A stretch of DNA of 61,176 bases, from NCBI GenBank assembly GCA_021325135.1, contig JAJPHT010000010.1, positions 1 to 61,176 of the forward strand, given 5' to 3'. A model generated the notes under the pieces. The model was not told the DNA's origin, did no database searches, and was given only the letters and a program-made list of their open reading frames with translations. Position 1 is the stretch's first letter; each line of letters opens with the position of its first letter. Position numbers and translations under genes: made by a program. Source of the stretch: Pseudomonadota bacterium. Lineage in GTDB: Archaea > Thermoplasmatota > SW-10-69-26 > JACQPN01 > JAJPHT01. Shown here piece by piece: positions 19,099 to 30,944 of the stretch.

Positions 19099-19157
19099 GC
19101 GCCCGCGAGCCCAGGCGAAGCGCAAAGCCCTTTCCTGAGCGCGCGCCATGGGCCCGC

Positions 19158-20315
19158 GTGGCCCGCTTTCCGCGCAACGTCGTGCTCCTCGCGGCCACGA
19201 GCTTCCTCGCCGACGTCTCCGGCGAGATGCTCCAGGCGGTCCTCCCCTTCGTGCTCCTCGCGCAGGGCGCGACCGGCCTGGGCGTCGGGATCACCGGCGC
19301 GGCCGACGCCGTGGGGCACGTGCTCAAGCCCCTCTTCGGCATCGTTTCCGACCGGCTTCGCAAGCGCAAGCCCCTCATCGTGGGCGGCTACGTGCTCCCC
19401 GCCTTCGCGCGCATGGGCATCGCCGCCGCGCCCATCTGGTGGCTCACCACGCTGCTGCGCGGCGCGGACCGCGTGGGCAAGGGCATGCGCACGAGCCCCC
19501 GCGACGCGCTCCTCGCCGAGAGCGGCGAGCGCGCGCAGCGCGGCCGCACCTTCGGCCTCCACCGCGCCGCCGACACGGGGGGCGCCGTCGTGGGCGTCGC
19601 CCTCGCGCTGGCGGGCATCGCGCTCTGGGGCTGGTCGGAGCGCGCCATCGTCCTCGCGGGAGCCTTCATCGCGCTGGGCACCCTGGCCCCCCTCGCCTTC
19701 GTGCGCGACGTGGAGGCGACGGCGCGCGGCGGGGGCAAGAGCGTCTTCGAGCCCGCCTCGCCGCGCTATCGCGCCTACCTCCTCGCGGCCGCCGTGCTCG
19801 CCGCGGGCCAGGTGAGCTATCTTTTCTTCATCCTGCGCGCGTCGGACCACGTGGGGGGCCCCGTCGTCGCGGTCGCGCTCTACCTGCTCTTCAACGTCGT
19901 CTACGCCGCGCTGGCGTACCCCCTGGGCCTGATGTCGGACCGCCTGGGGAAGCCCTTCCTCATCGCCGCGGGCGCGCTCCTCTTCAGCGCCGCCTGCGCC
20001 CTGATGATCCTCTCGCCCAGCCTCGGAAGCGCCCTGGCGGGCTTCGCGGTCCTGGGCCTCGCCTTCGCGGCGACCGAAGGCGTGCAGCGCGCCTACGCCG
20101 CGGACCTGGCCGGAAGCGACGCGCGCTCCACGCGCCTGGGCTGGTACCACGCCACCGTGGGCATGGCCACCGTCGTGGGCGGCGTCGCAACGGGGCTCCT
20201 CTGGGACCGCGCGGGCGAGGCGGCGGCCTTCGCGTGGGGCGCCGTGGTGCCGCTCCTCGCGCTCGCGCTGCTGGCGGGGATGGGGTTTCTGAGGCGCCCC
20301 GCAGCCGCCTTATGA
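19158..20315 (+). CDS. MFS transporter
   Basis: SFLADVSGEM, DRVGKGMRTSPRDALL, FGLHRAADTGGA, about 12 TM. Confidence 0.92.
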   Translation: MARFPRNVVLLAATSFLADVSGEMLQAVLPFVLLAQGATGLGVGITGAADAVGHVLKPLFGIVSDRLRKRKPLIVGGYVLPAFARMGIAAAPIWWLTTLLRGADRVGKGMRTSPRDALLAESGERAQRGRTFGLHRAADTGGAVVGVALALAGIALWGWSERAIVLAGAFIALGTLAPLAFVRDVEATARGGGKSVFEPASPRYRAYLLAAAVLAAGQVSYLFFILRASDHVGGPVVAVALYLLFNVVYAALAYPLGLMSDRLGKPFLIAAGALLFSAACALMILSPSLGSALAGFAVLGLAFAATEGVQRAYAADLAGSDARSTRLGWYHATVGMATVVGGVATGLLWDRAGEAAAFAWGAVVPLLALALLAGMGFLRRPAAAL

Positions 20316-20346
20316 GAAAGGGCCAGCGCCCCGGACGCGGGGCTGC

Positions 20347-22404
<2,058 letters not shown>

Positions 22405-22507
22405 GTCCCTTAAGGTGTTCGCCGGGGCGGCTGCGCGCGGCCTCCGCTTCCGATCGAAGGATCGGCGAGCGCGCAGGGCTCATGGTCCGGGAGCGCGTGG
22501 GGGGCGC

Positions 22508-23056
22508 ATGCCTCGCCTCACCCCGGAGAGCACGCTCCTCCTCGTGATCGACATGCAGGAGCGCCTCCAGCCCCTCATCCACGGCGACGCGGCGCTGCGC
22601 GCGAAGGCCGCCGCGCTGGCGGAGGGGTGCCGCCTGCTGGGCGTGCCCGCGATGATCACCGAGCAGTACCCCAAGGGGCTCGGGCGCACGATCCCCGAGC
22701 TTCGCGCCGCGGTGGAGCATGCCGGCGGCGTGCTGGAGAAGACGTCCTTCTCCTGCGCGGGCGACCCCAGCATCGCCGCGCGCATCCAGGCGGCGGGGCG
22801 CCCCAACGTGCTCGTCGCCGGCATCGAGGCGCACATCTGCGTCCTCCAGACCGCGCTGGACCTGCTGGAGGGCGGCTACTCGGTCCACCTGGTGGAGGAC
22901 GCCGTGGGCAGCCGCGACCCCGCGAACCGCGAGGCGGGCGTCGCCCGCGCGCGGCGCCACGGCGCGGAGCCCTCCAGCGTGGAGATGGCCCTCTTCGAGC
23001 TCATGGGCGGCAAGGACCACCCGCAGTTCAAGAGCGTGCAGGCGCTCATCAAGTAG
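22508..23056 (+). CDS. Isochorismatase family hydrolase
   Basis: LLVIDMQERL, TEQYPKGLG.T, EKTSFSC, GIEAHICVLQT. Confidence 0.92.
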   Translation: MPRLTPESTLLLVIDMQERLQPLIHGDAALRAKAAALAEGCRLLGVPAMITEQYPKGLGRTIPELRAAVEHAGGVLEKTSFSCAGDPSIAARIQAAGRPNVLVAGIEAHICVLQTALDLLEGGYSVHLVEDAVGSRDPANREAGVARARRHGAEPSSVEMALFELMGGKDHPQFKSVQALIK

Positions 23057-23105
23057 GCACCGGCTAGCCCCATTCCTTATTCGTATGGGGCCTCTTCCTC
23101 CCCGC

Positions 23106-23900
23106 ATGTCGTCCCGGCCGTGGGAGGAGCTTCTCCGCGACCCCGCAAGCGAGCGCCACGTCGTGCAGGTCTACCGCGATCCCTCCTTCCTCGTGCGCGC
23201 CGTCGCCGCCTGGGCGCTCCCTCCCCTCTCGGGCGAGGGCGGCGTGGTCCTCGTCTGCACGCCCCGCCACGCGGCCCTCGTCGAGGAGAGGCTCCGGGCC
23301 GACGGGCTCGACGCGGCCGCTCTGCGCGCCTCGGGGCGTCTCGCGGTGGTGGACGCCGAGGAGACCCTCTCCTCCTTCATGCGCGACGGGGCGCCCGACC
23401 GCGCCGCGTTCCTCCAGGTGGCCAGCCGACTCGCGGGGGGCGTGCGCGCGGCCTGCGGCGAAGGGGCCGAGGTGCGCGCGTGGGGCGAGATGGTGGACCT
23501 CCTGGCGAAGCGCGGACAGCCCGAGGCCGCGCAGCGGCTTGAGTCGCTCTGGAACGAGGCCATCGACGCGGAGGGCATCCGCCTGCTCTGCTCCTACGAG
23601 ATGGACAACCTCGACCCCGAGACGCACGCGGGGCGCCTCGCGCGCGCCTGCGCGGGGCACTCGCAGCTCATCCCGGAGGAGGACCCGGCGGCGTTCGACC
23701 TCGCCATGTCGCGGGCCCTCGCGGACGTCTTCGGCGAGGAGGAGGCGGGGCTCGTGCGCGCGCTCCTCGCGAAGAGGCGCACCCTCCCCATCGCCATGCC
23801 CGCCGCGGAGGCCGTGCTCGTGGCGCTCCACGACGCCCAGCCGGCGGTGGGCAGGCGCCTCCTCCAGGCCACCCGGCTTCACCTCGCCAAGGGGGCTTGA
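23106..23900 (+). CDS. MEDS sensory domain protein
   Basis: HVVQVY, DAEETLSSFMRDG.PD...F, VRAWGEMVDLL, LESLWN, LLCSY, C..HS. Confidence 0.85.
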   Translation: MSSRPWEELLRDPASERHVVQVYRDPSFLVRAVAAWALPPLSGEGGVVLVCTPRHAALVEERLRADGLDAAALRASGRLAVVDAEETLSSFMRDGAPDRAAFLQVASRLAGGVRAACGEGAEVRAWGEMVDLLAKRGQPEAAQRLESLWNEAIDAEGIRLLCSYEMDNLDPETHAGRLARACAGHSQLIPEEDPAAFDLAMSRALADVFGEEEAGLVRALLAKRRTLPIAMPAAEAVLVALHDAQPAVGRRLLQATRLHLAKGA

Positions 23901-23901
23901 C

Positions 23902-24255
23902 GTGGCCCCGACGCCCGCCTCCTCCCTGGAGGTCGAGGACGCCCTCCTGCGCGTGGGGGAGCGGCTGGGGCTCAAGGTGATGCTGCTGCGCCTCGTGGCC
24001 GCGGAGCTTCCCGACAACCCGTGGATGCTGGACCTCAGCCTCGAGGACGAGGCGGACCTCGTCCGCGCGCGCACGTCGCACCTCTGCGGCTCCTCCTGCC
24101 AGGCCAGCCGAAGCGGGTGCCTCACCGCGTTCAAGGTGGAGGACGTGGTGAGCAAGCGCACCGGCCGCGTCATGGCCATCGAGCACGTGGAGCGCGACGG
24201 GCCCGAGCGCATCGCCATCGTGCTGCGGCCGCTCTCCGCAAGCCGTCACGATTAA
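23902..24255 (+). CDS. Small hypothetical protein with three Cys
   Basis: VAPTPASSLEVED...HLCGSSC...GCL...; fills the gap between MEDS and kinase genes with host codon usage. Confidence 0.6.
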   Translation: MAPTPASSLEVEDALLRVGERLGLKVMLLRLVAAELPDNPWMLDLSLEDEADLVRARTSHLCGSSCQASRSGCLTAFKVEDVVSKRTGRVMAIEHVERDGPERIAIVLRPLSASRHD

Positions 24256-25713
24256 GCTGGCCGCTGGGGCATGCCCGAGCATGGAGGCGATCCGGACGGT
24301 GCCGGTGGACGCGAAGCCACCCCGCGGCTTCGACGCGACCCTCTTCGACCTCCTCCCCGACGCGGTCCTCTACGCGACGTGCCCGGGCTTCGCGGTGCGC
24401 GACGCGAACGCCGCCTGCCTGCGCCTCTTCGGCCTCACGCGCGCCCAGCTGCTGGCCGGGGCCGGGCCGGACCTCGGCCTTGGCGAGGACCAGCTTGCGG
24501 CGCTCCTGCGCGGCGAGCCCGTCTCCCTGGAGCGCACGCTGCGCCTCGGGGAGGGCGCCGCTCTCCCCGCGCACCTCACGCTGACCCCCACGGGGCCTTT
24601 CAAGGGCGAGCCCGTGGGCGTCGTGATCGTCGTGCGCGACCTCGCCGAGCGGAAGCGCTTCGAGGCCGTCCTCCAGAACGCGCCCGCCCAGATCCTCACC
24701 ATCGACCGCAAGGGGCGCATCCTCACGCTCAACCGCAGCGTCCGCGGCGCGGAGGCGGCCGGCCTCGTGGGGATCGACGCCTACTCCACGGTCGCCGAGG
24801 AGGACCGGGAGCGCGTGCGCGCCCTCGTCGAGGGCGCGATGCTCACGGGCCAGCCCGTCGAGTACGAGACGCGCGCCGTCCTCGCGCCGGGGGTCGAGCG
24901 CTGGTTCCACGTGCGCGTCGCCGCGCTGGGCCCCGATGGCGGGGGCGGCGCGGTGCTCATCAGCACGGACGTCACGCGCCGGCGCCGCGACGAGGCGGAG
25001 ATGGCGCTCCTGCGCGCGCAGCTGGCCCGCGGCGAGAAGCTCAGCGCGCTGGGCGGCCTCGTCTCCGGCGTCGCGCACGAGCTTCGCACGCCCCTCACGT
25101 TCCTGGCCAACAACGCGTTCCTCGCGCAGCGGCGCCTCGACCGCGCGGCGCGCCGCGGCGCCACCGCGAAGGAGGCCTTCGACGAGACGGCGCCCCTCTT
25201 CGCCGAGATCACCGCGGGCGTCGACCGCATCAACCAGCTCGTGGAGGACCTGAGGCGCTACACCAAGGCGCGCCAGGACGAGACGCTCGCTCCCGCGCCC
25301 CTGGACTCGCTGGTGGCCGAGGCGGTGGAGCTCTTCCGCGCGACGAGCCGCGGCCGCCACCCGGTGGAGACGTCGCTCTCGCGCACGCCTCCGGTGCTGG
25401 CCAACCGCGGCGCGGTGCAGCAGGTGGTCCTCAACCTGCTCCAGAACGGCGCGGACGCGAGCCCGCCGGGCGCGCCGCTGCGCGTCGTCACGCGCGAGGA
25501 GGAGGGGCGCGCGATCCTGGAGGTCGCGGACCGCGGCGCCGGCATCTCGCCCGAGGGGATGCGCCGCATCTACGAGCCGCTCTACACGACAAAGGAGGAG
25601 GGCACGGGCCTGGGCCTCACCATCGTGAAGCGCATCGTGGACGAGCACGAGGCCGAGATCGCCTGCGAGAGCGAGCCCGGCCGAGGCACGCGCTTCCGCA
25701 TCGCGTTCCCCGC

Positions 25714-26352
<639 letters not shown>

Positions 26353-26464
26353 GGCGCCCCAAGCGACGGCCCGCGGATCAACGCTGCCCGACCGCAGACC
26401 CAAATGCTTATCCGGGAAACGATGATTGGCCGCTCCTGCCCCGGCAACGGGGACGCGCCACACC

Positions 26465-26557
26465 AGCGGGGTGGGGTAGCCAGGAAACGCTGGCCGACTT
26501 CGGTCGGCCGCGCCTCGGTCGCTTCGCTCCCTCGGTCCCGACGGGCTCATAACCCGT
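26465..26557 (+). ncRNA. Interrupted partial copy of tRNA-iMet (nt 1-45) with 48-nt hairpin insert; pseudo-tRNA or structured leader
   Basis: 26465-26487 and 26536-26557 are identical to the first 45 nt of the tRNA at 26592; insert 26488-26535; no T-arm or 3' acceptor strand. Confidence 0.6.
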
Positions 26558-26591
26558 GCATCGTCCCGGGGAACGGATGATATCACCCAAC

Positions 26592-26666
26592 AGCGGGGTG
26601 GGGTAGCCAGGAAATCCCGACGGGCTCATAACCCGTAGACCGGTTGTTCAAATCAACCCCCCGCTA
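26592..26666 (+). tRNA. tRNA-Met initiator (CAT)
   Basis: A1-U72 acceptor AGCGGGG/CCCCGCT, three G-C pairs closing the anticodon stem, CAT at 26627-26629, T-arm GGTTG-TTCAAAT-CAACC; CCA not encoded. Confidence 0.96.
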
Positions 26667-26856
26667 TCTCCGTAGTGATCTCGAATCAGACACCGTCGTT
26701 CTGGCGGTGTTGTGAGGCGAGCACGGGACAAGTTCGTCCCCGTGCGCGCGCCCGAGCTTGTTCATCAGATCCGGCGCATATTCACTTCTATTTAGCGACT
26801 GCAAAGTAGCCCCCTTCAAAAATATTTCATATCTTAGTAGTGCGTTCTTGGGGCCG

Positions 26857-27948
26857 ATGACGAAGCCGCGTGGCACGAAGCCCGACACGGCGAAGGGGTT
26901 CGAGCCTGCCTACCAGCTCACGCGCGGGCACCGCGACCTCGCGGAGGCCGTCGCGCGCCTCGAGGGGCAGATCGCGCGCGCGGACGTCCACGCGGACTTC
27001 ATGGAGCGCCTCCGGCAGCGCGCGGCTACGTTGAACACCCACGCGACCACGAGCATCGAGGGCAACCCGCTCTCGCGCGAGGACGTCGAGAAGATCGCCG
27101 AGACGCCCACGAAGAAGTCGAAGGAGCCCGAAGAGGTCGAGATCCGGCTCCACCTCAAGTTCTTCGACCAGCTCACGAAGAAGCCGCCGAAGGGTGCGCT
27201 GACGCTCGACGAAATCCGCGACACGCACGCCCGGCTCCTCACCGGAGTCCTGCCCTCCGGCGTGGGCGATTGGAAGACGAAGCAGAACGTCATCGTGGAC
27301 GAAGTAGGCAAGGAAGTCTTCTACCCCACGCCCCTCGGGCGTGTCGAGCCCGAGCTCCAGGCGCTCAACGCCTGGTTCGACGAGAGCACGCTCCCCACGC
27401 TGGTCCGCGTCGCGATCTGGGCCCACGAGTTCGAGTGCATCCACCCCTTCCGTGACGGCAACGGGCGCACGGGGCGCGCGCTCACACATCGGCTCCTCGC
27501 GACGCATGGCTTCCCCGGCATGGCCTACGTCGCCCTCGACGCGCAGTTCCTCGCGGACCGCAAGGGGTACATGGCTGCGCTCGCCGCCGTCGAGACGACG
27601 GCCTGGGACCACGCTCCCTGGGTCGCCTACTTCCTCGACAAGCTGCGCGCAGCCTACGAGGAGAGCATCGAGGTCCTGCAGGGCTTCCGCGGAGCCGTGG
27701 AGAGCTTCGACGGCATCAAGCGCGCCATCCTCCAATGGGTCGTCCGGCGCGGAGGTGGCTCTTTCACTCGCGCCGACTTCCTCGCCGCGCCTGAGCGGAA
27801 GGACTACCACGAGGTCAGCGTGAGCAACGCCCTGTCCTCCCTCGTCGAGCAGGGCTTCCTCACCGCGAAGGGCGAGCGGCGCGGCCGCCGCTACATCCCC
27901 GGGCCGCGCTTCAGCGAGCTCGCGGAGACGGCGACCGACGCGGAGTAG
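26857..27948 (+). CDS. Fic family protein with C-terminal winged helix
   Basis: Fic motif HPFRDGNGRTGR; N-terminal TTSIEGN inhibitory-helix motif; AT-rich upstream region. Confidence 0.92.
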   Translation: MTKPRGTKPDTAKGFEPAYQLTRGHRDLAEAVARLEGQIARADVHADFMERLRQRAATLNTHATTSIEGNPLSREDVEKIAETPTKKSKEPEEVEIRLHLKFFDQLTKKPPKGALTLDEIRDTHARLLTGVLPSGVGDWKTKQNVIVDEVGKEVFYPTPLGRVEPELQALNAWFDESTLPTLVRVAIWAHEFECIHPFRDGNGRTGRALTHRLLATHGFPGMAYVALDAQFLADRKGYMAALAAVETTAWDHAPWVAYFLDKLRAAYEESIEVLQGFRGAVESFDGIKRAILQWVVRRGGGSFTRADFLAAPERKDYHEVSVSNALSSLVEQGFLTAKGERRGRRYIPGPRFSELAETATDAE

Positions 27949-28127
27949 GGCGTCAAGAGCCGCGCGGGTCGCGCCCACAGCGTCGGCACACGAAGGCATG
28001 GACGCCGCCGTGGGCGATGGGCTCGACGCATGCAAGCGCGCACGACCGCGCAGAATGGCGCGCAGGCGGGGAGGGCTTCGCTCACGCCGCGCTTCCTGCA
28101 TCGAGGGCTGGGAAACGTCCGTCTATC

Positions 28128-28170
28128 AAAAAGAAAAGTGAGAGCCCCGCGCGAGGCGGGGCGTTTTTTC
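28128..28170. terminator. Putative bidirectional terminator between convergent genes
   Basis: A-tract, GCCCCGC-gcgag-GCGGGGC hairpin, then T-tract. Confidence 0.6.
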
Positions 28171-29037
28171 TCAGAAGCAGAACACGTTGTAGTTCGGGCC
28201 TCCGAAGACGGGCGTCGTGCCCCAGATGACGGTGATGCCGATGGTCGTGCCGCCGGGGCACGAGGAGGGCGGGTTGCCAGGCAGGGCAGGCGTCGTGCCG
28301 ACCCACGGGGCGCCCACGCAGGTGGTGCCAACACCCACGGTCCAGCCAGGACCGGGAAGGCTGCACAGGGTGGGGACGCCCGCGCAGTGGGGCACGTTGT
28401 CGACGATGAGGCCGTAGGGCGTGGCGGCGGGGCAGCCGGGGCCGACGCAGAACGCCGTGTCGCCGTCGCCGGCCGTGAAGCCCGCGGGGCCGTAGTCCAG
28501 GACGACGCCCACCTGGCCGGGGTACACCGGCGTGGTCGTGGAGGTGTAGGTGTAGATGCCGCAGCTCACGACGGTGGGGGGCGTGCCGGAGACGCAGAAG
28601 GGCGTGCCCGAGACGACGACGCCCACGCTGGGCAGCGTGCAGGCGGCGACGCACTCCGAGCTGGTGGCAGTCCCGACGTGGAGGTTGTAGCCGGCGCCGG
28701 TGCCGCACGTCCTCACGCACGCGCCCGTCGAGGCAGTGCCGCTGGGGAAGAGCGTGACCCCCGTGCCAGGGCTGCCGCAGGCGCCCGCGCTCACGTAGCA
28801 GCTGATCGTCGAGCTGGGGCCGCAACAGCCCAGGAGGGGGGAGCAGCCGATGGTGACGTTGACGCAGAGCTGCACGGGGTTGGCCTCGAGGCCGGCGATG
28901 CAGTCGCGGACCGCGTCGCAGAGGGTGAGGTTGGTGACGTCGCAGATGGAGGAGGTCGCGCTCGCGGAGGGGACGAGGACGACGAAGGACGCGACGAGCG
29001 CGAGGGCGGCGAAGAGGGGGATCGTTCGTAGGGTCAT
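28171..29037 (-). CDS. Secreted cysteine-rich protein (22 Cys)
   Basis: Signal peptide MTLRTIPLFAALALVASFVVLVPSASA; mature part rich in G/T/P/V/C. Confidence 0.75.
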   Translation of the reverse strand: MTLRTIPLFAALALVASFVVLVPSASATSSICDVTNLTLCDAVRDCIAGLEANPVQLCVNVTIGCSPLLGCCGPSSTISCYVSAGACGSPGTGVTLFPSGTASTGACVRTCGTGAGYNLHVGTATSSECVAACTLPSVGVVVSGTPFCVSGTPPTVVSCGIYTYTSTTTPVYPGQVGVVLDYGPAGFTAGDGDTAFCVGPGCPAATPYGLIVDNVPHCAGVPTLCSLPGPGWTVGVGTTCVGAPWVGTTPALPGNPPSSCPGGTTIGITVIWGTTPVFGGPNYNVFCF

Positions 29038-29218
29038 GGGGACCGGTCGCGGCAAGGCCCGCGGGGGCGAAGAAGACGACGGGCCCGCGGCCCCCTCCGG
29101 CAGGAACGCTTCACCTGTGGGAGATTTCTAGAAATCCGGCAGGCCGAGGGGGTCGTTCCGGGGGGAGGCGTGCCACAAGACCCAAAAGGGGACCATCTTT
29201 AACAAGCCTCGAACGCCC

Positions 29219-30388
29219 ATGGCTTCCCCCTCCTCCCCGACGCGCGCCGAGCGGCTCCGGCAGCGCGTCACCGAGGCCGACGACTCCCCCCTCGTCATCC
29301 TGGCCGCCGCGACGGGGCTCGTCGCCGGCATCATCCACCTCATCGTGACGCCGATGCACTTCGGCGAGGCCATCGCCCAGGGCATCTTCTTCGCCGTGCT
29401 GGGCACGCTCCAGGTCGTCTGGGGCCTCTGGATGTACCGCCGCCCCACCACCGGCGCGTGGCTGGCCGGCATCGGCCTGGCCCTGGGCTCCATCGTCCTC
29501 TGGGTCGTCGCCGTCACCATCCGGCCCCCCTTCCAGGACGCGGCCGAGGCGCCCGAGCCCATCGCGTGGGTCTGCGAGGCCGTGCAGGCCCTCACGCTGG
29601 TCGCGCTGGTGGGCCTCGCCCTCGCGCGCCCCCGCGGCGCGCCCTCCGGCGCCTCGCGCGCCATGCCCCTCCTCGTCGCGGCCCTCCTCCTGGGCCTCAT
29701 CGTGGGCGGCGGCGCCTACGGCGCGGGCCTCGTGGGCGAGAAGGTCGTCCCCGGCCTCGCGCAGCCCGCCAGCGACGGCATGGGGGCCGACGCGGACCAC
29801 GGCGGCGACGCGGGAGGCATGCAGATGTCGCCCGCCTCCACCGACGCGCCCGCCTCCAACGCCAGCACCAACTCCACGGCCGGCAACGGCACGGCCCAGC
29901 CGCAGTACGACTACTCCGCGTGCATGCCCGGCATGGACATGCCCGGCTGCCCCGCCTCCGTCGCGGCGGAGTACTACGCCAAGCAGCAGGCCAGCGCGCC
30001 CCCGCCCGACAAGGACCTGCCCCCGGTGAAGATCGAACTCACGCCCCAGGGCGACCAGGGCCCCGGCAAGTTCACCGTGGACAACGGCACGAAGCAGCTG
30101 ATCGTCTCCATCCGCCTCAACGACTCCGGCGCCGGCCCCTACGCCGCGCTGGGCCCCGGCGGCCAGGGCGACCTCACCCTTGACCTCAAGGGCCCCGCGG
30201 GCTCCAAGACCATCGCGCTGGCGGGCTCCGCCAACACGGTGGGCGTCGACCCCGCCGCCCCCGCCTCCAAGGGCCCCTACTCGGGGATCGTCACGGCCCC
30301 GGGCGAGGGCGCGTGGACGATCACGGTGAACGGCCAGGGCCAGAACGCCAACGTGGTCGTGTCCATCACGGAGCGGTTCACGAGCTAG
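29219..30388 (+). CDS. Membrane protein with His/Met/Cys motifs and C-terminal extracellular beta domain
   Basis: About 5 TM with GIIHL..TPMHF; linker DHGG..GMQM; CMPGMDMPGC. Confidence 0.75.
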   Translation: MASPSSPTRAERLRQRVTEADDSPLVILAAATGLVAGIIHLIVTPMHFGEAIAQGIFFAVLGTLQVVWGLWMYRRPTTGAWLAGIGLALGSIVLWVVAVTIRPPFQDAAEAPEPIAWVCEAVQALTLVALVGLALARPRGAPSGASRAMPLLVAALLLGLIVGGGAYGAGLVGEKVVPGLAQPASDGMGADADHGGDAGGMQMSPASTDAPASNASTNSTAGNGTAQPQYDYSACMPGMDMPGCPASVAAEYYAKQQASAPPPDKDLPPVKIELTPQGDQGPGKFTVDNGTKQLIVSIRLNDSGAGPYAALGPGGQGDLTLDLKGPAGSKTIALAGSANTVGVDPAAPASKGPYSGIVTAPGEGAWTITVNGQGQNANVVVSITERFTS

Positions 30389-30431
30389 CGCGGCGGCCGC
30401 GACGCTCCAGGCCGTCGAGGGGCGCGGAGCG

Positions 30432-30863
30432 TCACGCGGCGTCGCGCCGCGCCATGAGGTAGAGCACCAGCGGCAGCGCCAGCACGGCGACGTCCAGCCC
30501 GCGCTTCGTCAGGGAATACTCCACGCGCACCGGCATCTCGTCGAAGAGACGGCGCTTCACGAGCCCCTGCTCCTCCAGGTCGCGGAGGCGCTGCGTCAGC
30601 GTGCGCCCGCTGATGCCCGGCAGGCTCGCCTTGAGGGCGTTGAACCGCACCGTGCCGCGCTGCCCCAGGACGATGAGGATCTCCACCACCCACTTGTTGA
30701 AGAAGACCTGGAGGAGCGAGACGGTGTCCTCCACGTCGCGCTGGAGGTCGTCGCTCCGGGCGAGCATCGCCGTCCAGGGCTCGAAGAGCTCCTCGCGGCT
30801 CTGCGCCACGAAGCGGTCGAGGACGCGGTCGACGTCCCGAGACGGTTTACGCGGGGATACCAA
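30432..30863 (-). CDS. HxlR family winged-helix regulator
   Basis: KW..EIL..L, RFN.LK..LPGIS.RTLTQRLRDLE..GLV.R, P.RVEYSLT.RG. Confidence 0.92.
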   Translation of the reverse strand: MVSPRKPSRDVDRVLDRFVAQSREELFEPWTAMLARSDDLQRDVEDTVSLLQVFFNKWVVEILIVLGQRGTVRFNALKASLPGISGRTLTQRLRDLEEQGLVKRRLFDEMPVRVEYSLTKRGLDVAVLALPLVLYLMARRDAA

Positions 30864-30944
30864 GGCGGGTCCGCTCCACCTCTCCCGCTAAGCCGCGCCG
30901 GCTCATGGTTCCTTTGTTGAACCAGCTTTCCGGAGGAGCCTGAC

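Noticed and set aside
26488-26535. Canonical BHB intron in the upstream tRNA copy
   Set aside because: I could not build a 4-bp helix flanked by two 3-nt bulges whose cuts regenerate the intact sequence (only AGG/CCT pairs), and this copy has no 3' half of its own.
26758-26856. Extended TTG start for the Fic gene
   Set aside because: This stretch is AT-rich promoter-like DNA; ATG 26857 fits better.
26640-30900. Complete tRNA-integrated island with attR
   Set aside because: No integrase and no convincing duplicate of the tRNA 3' end; only chance 7-9 nt matches.
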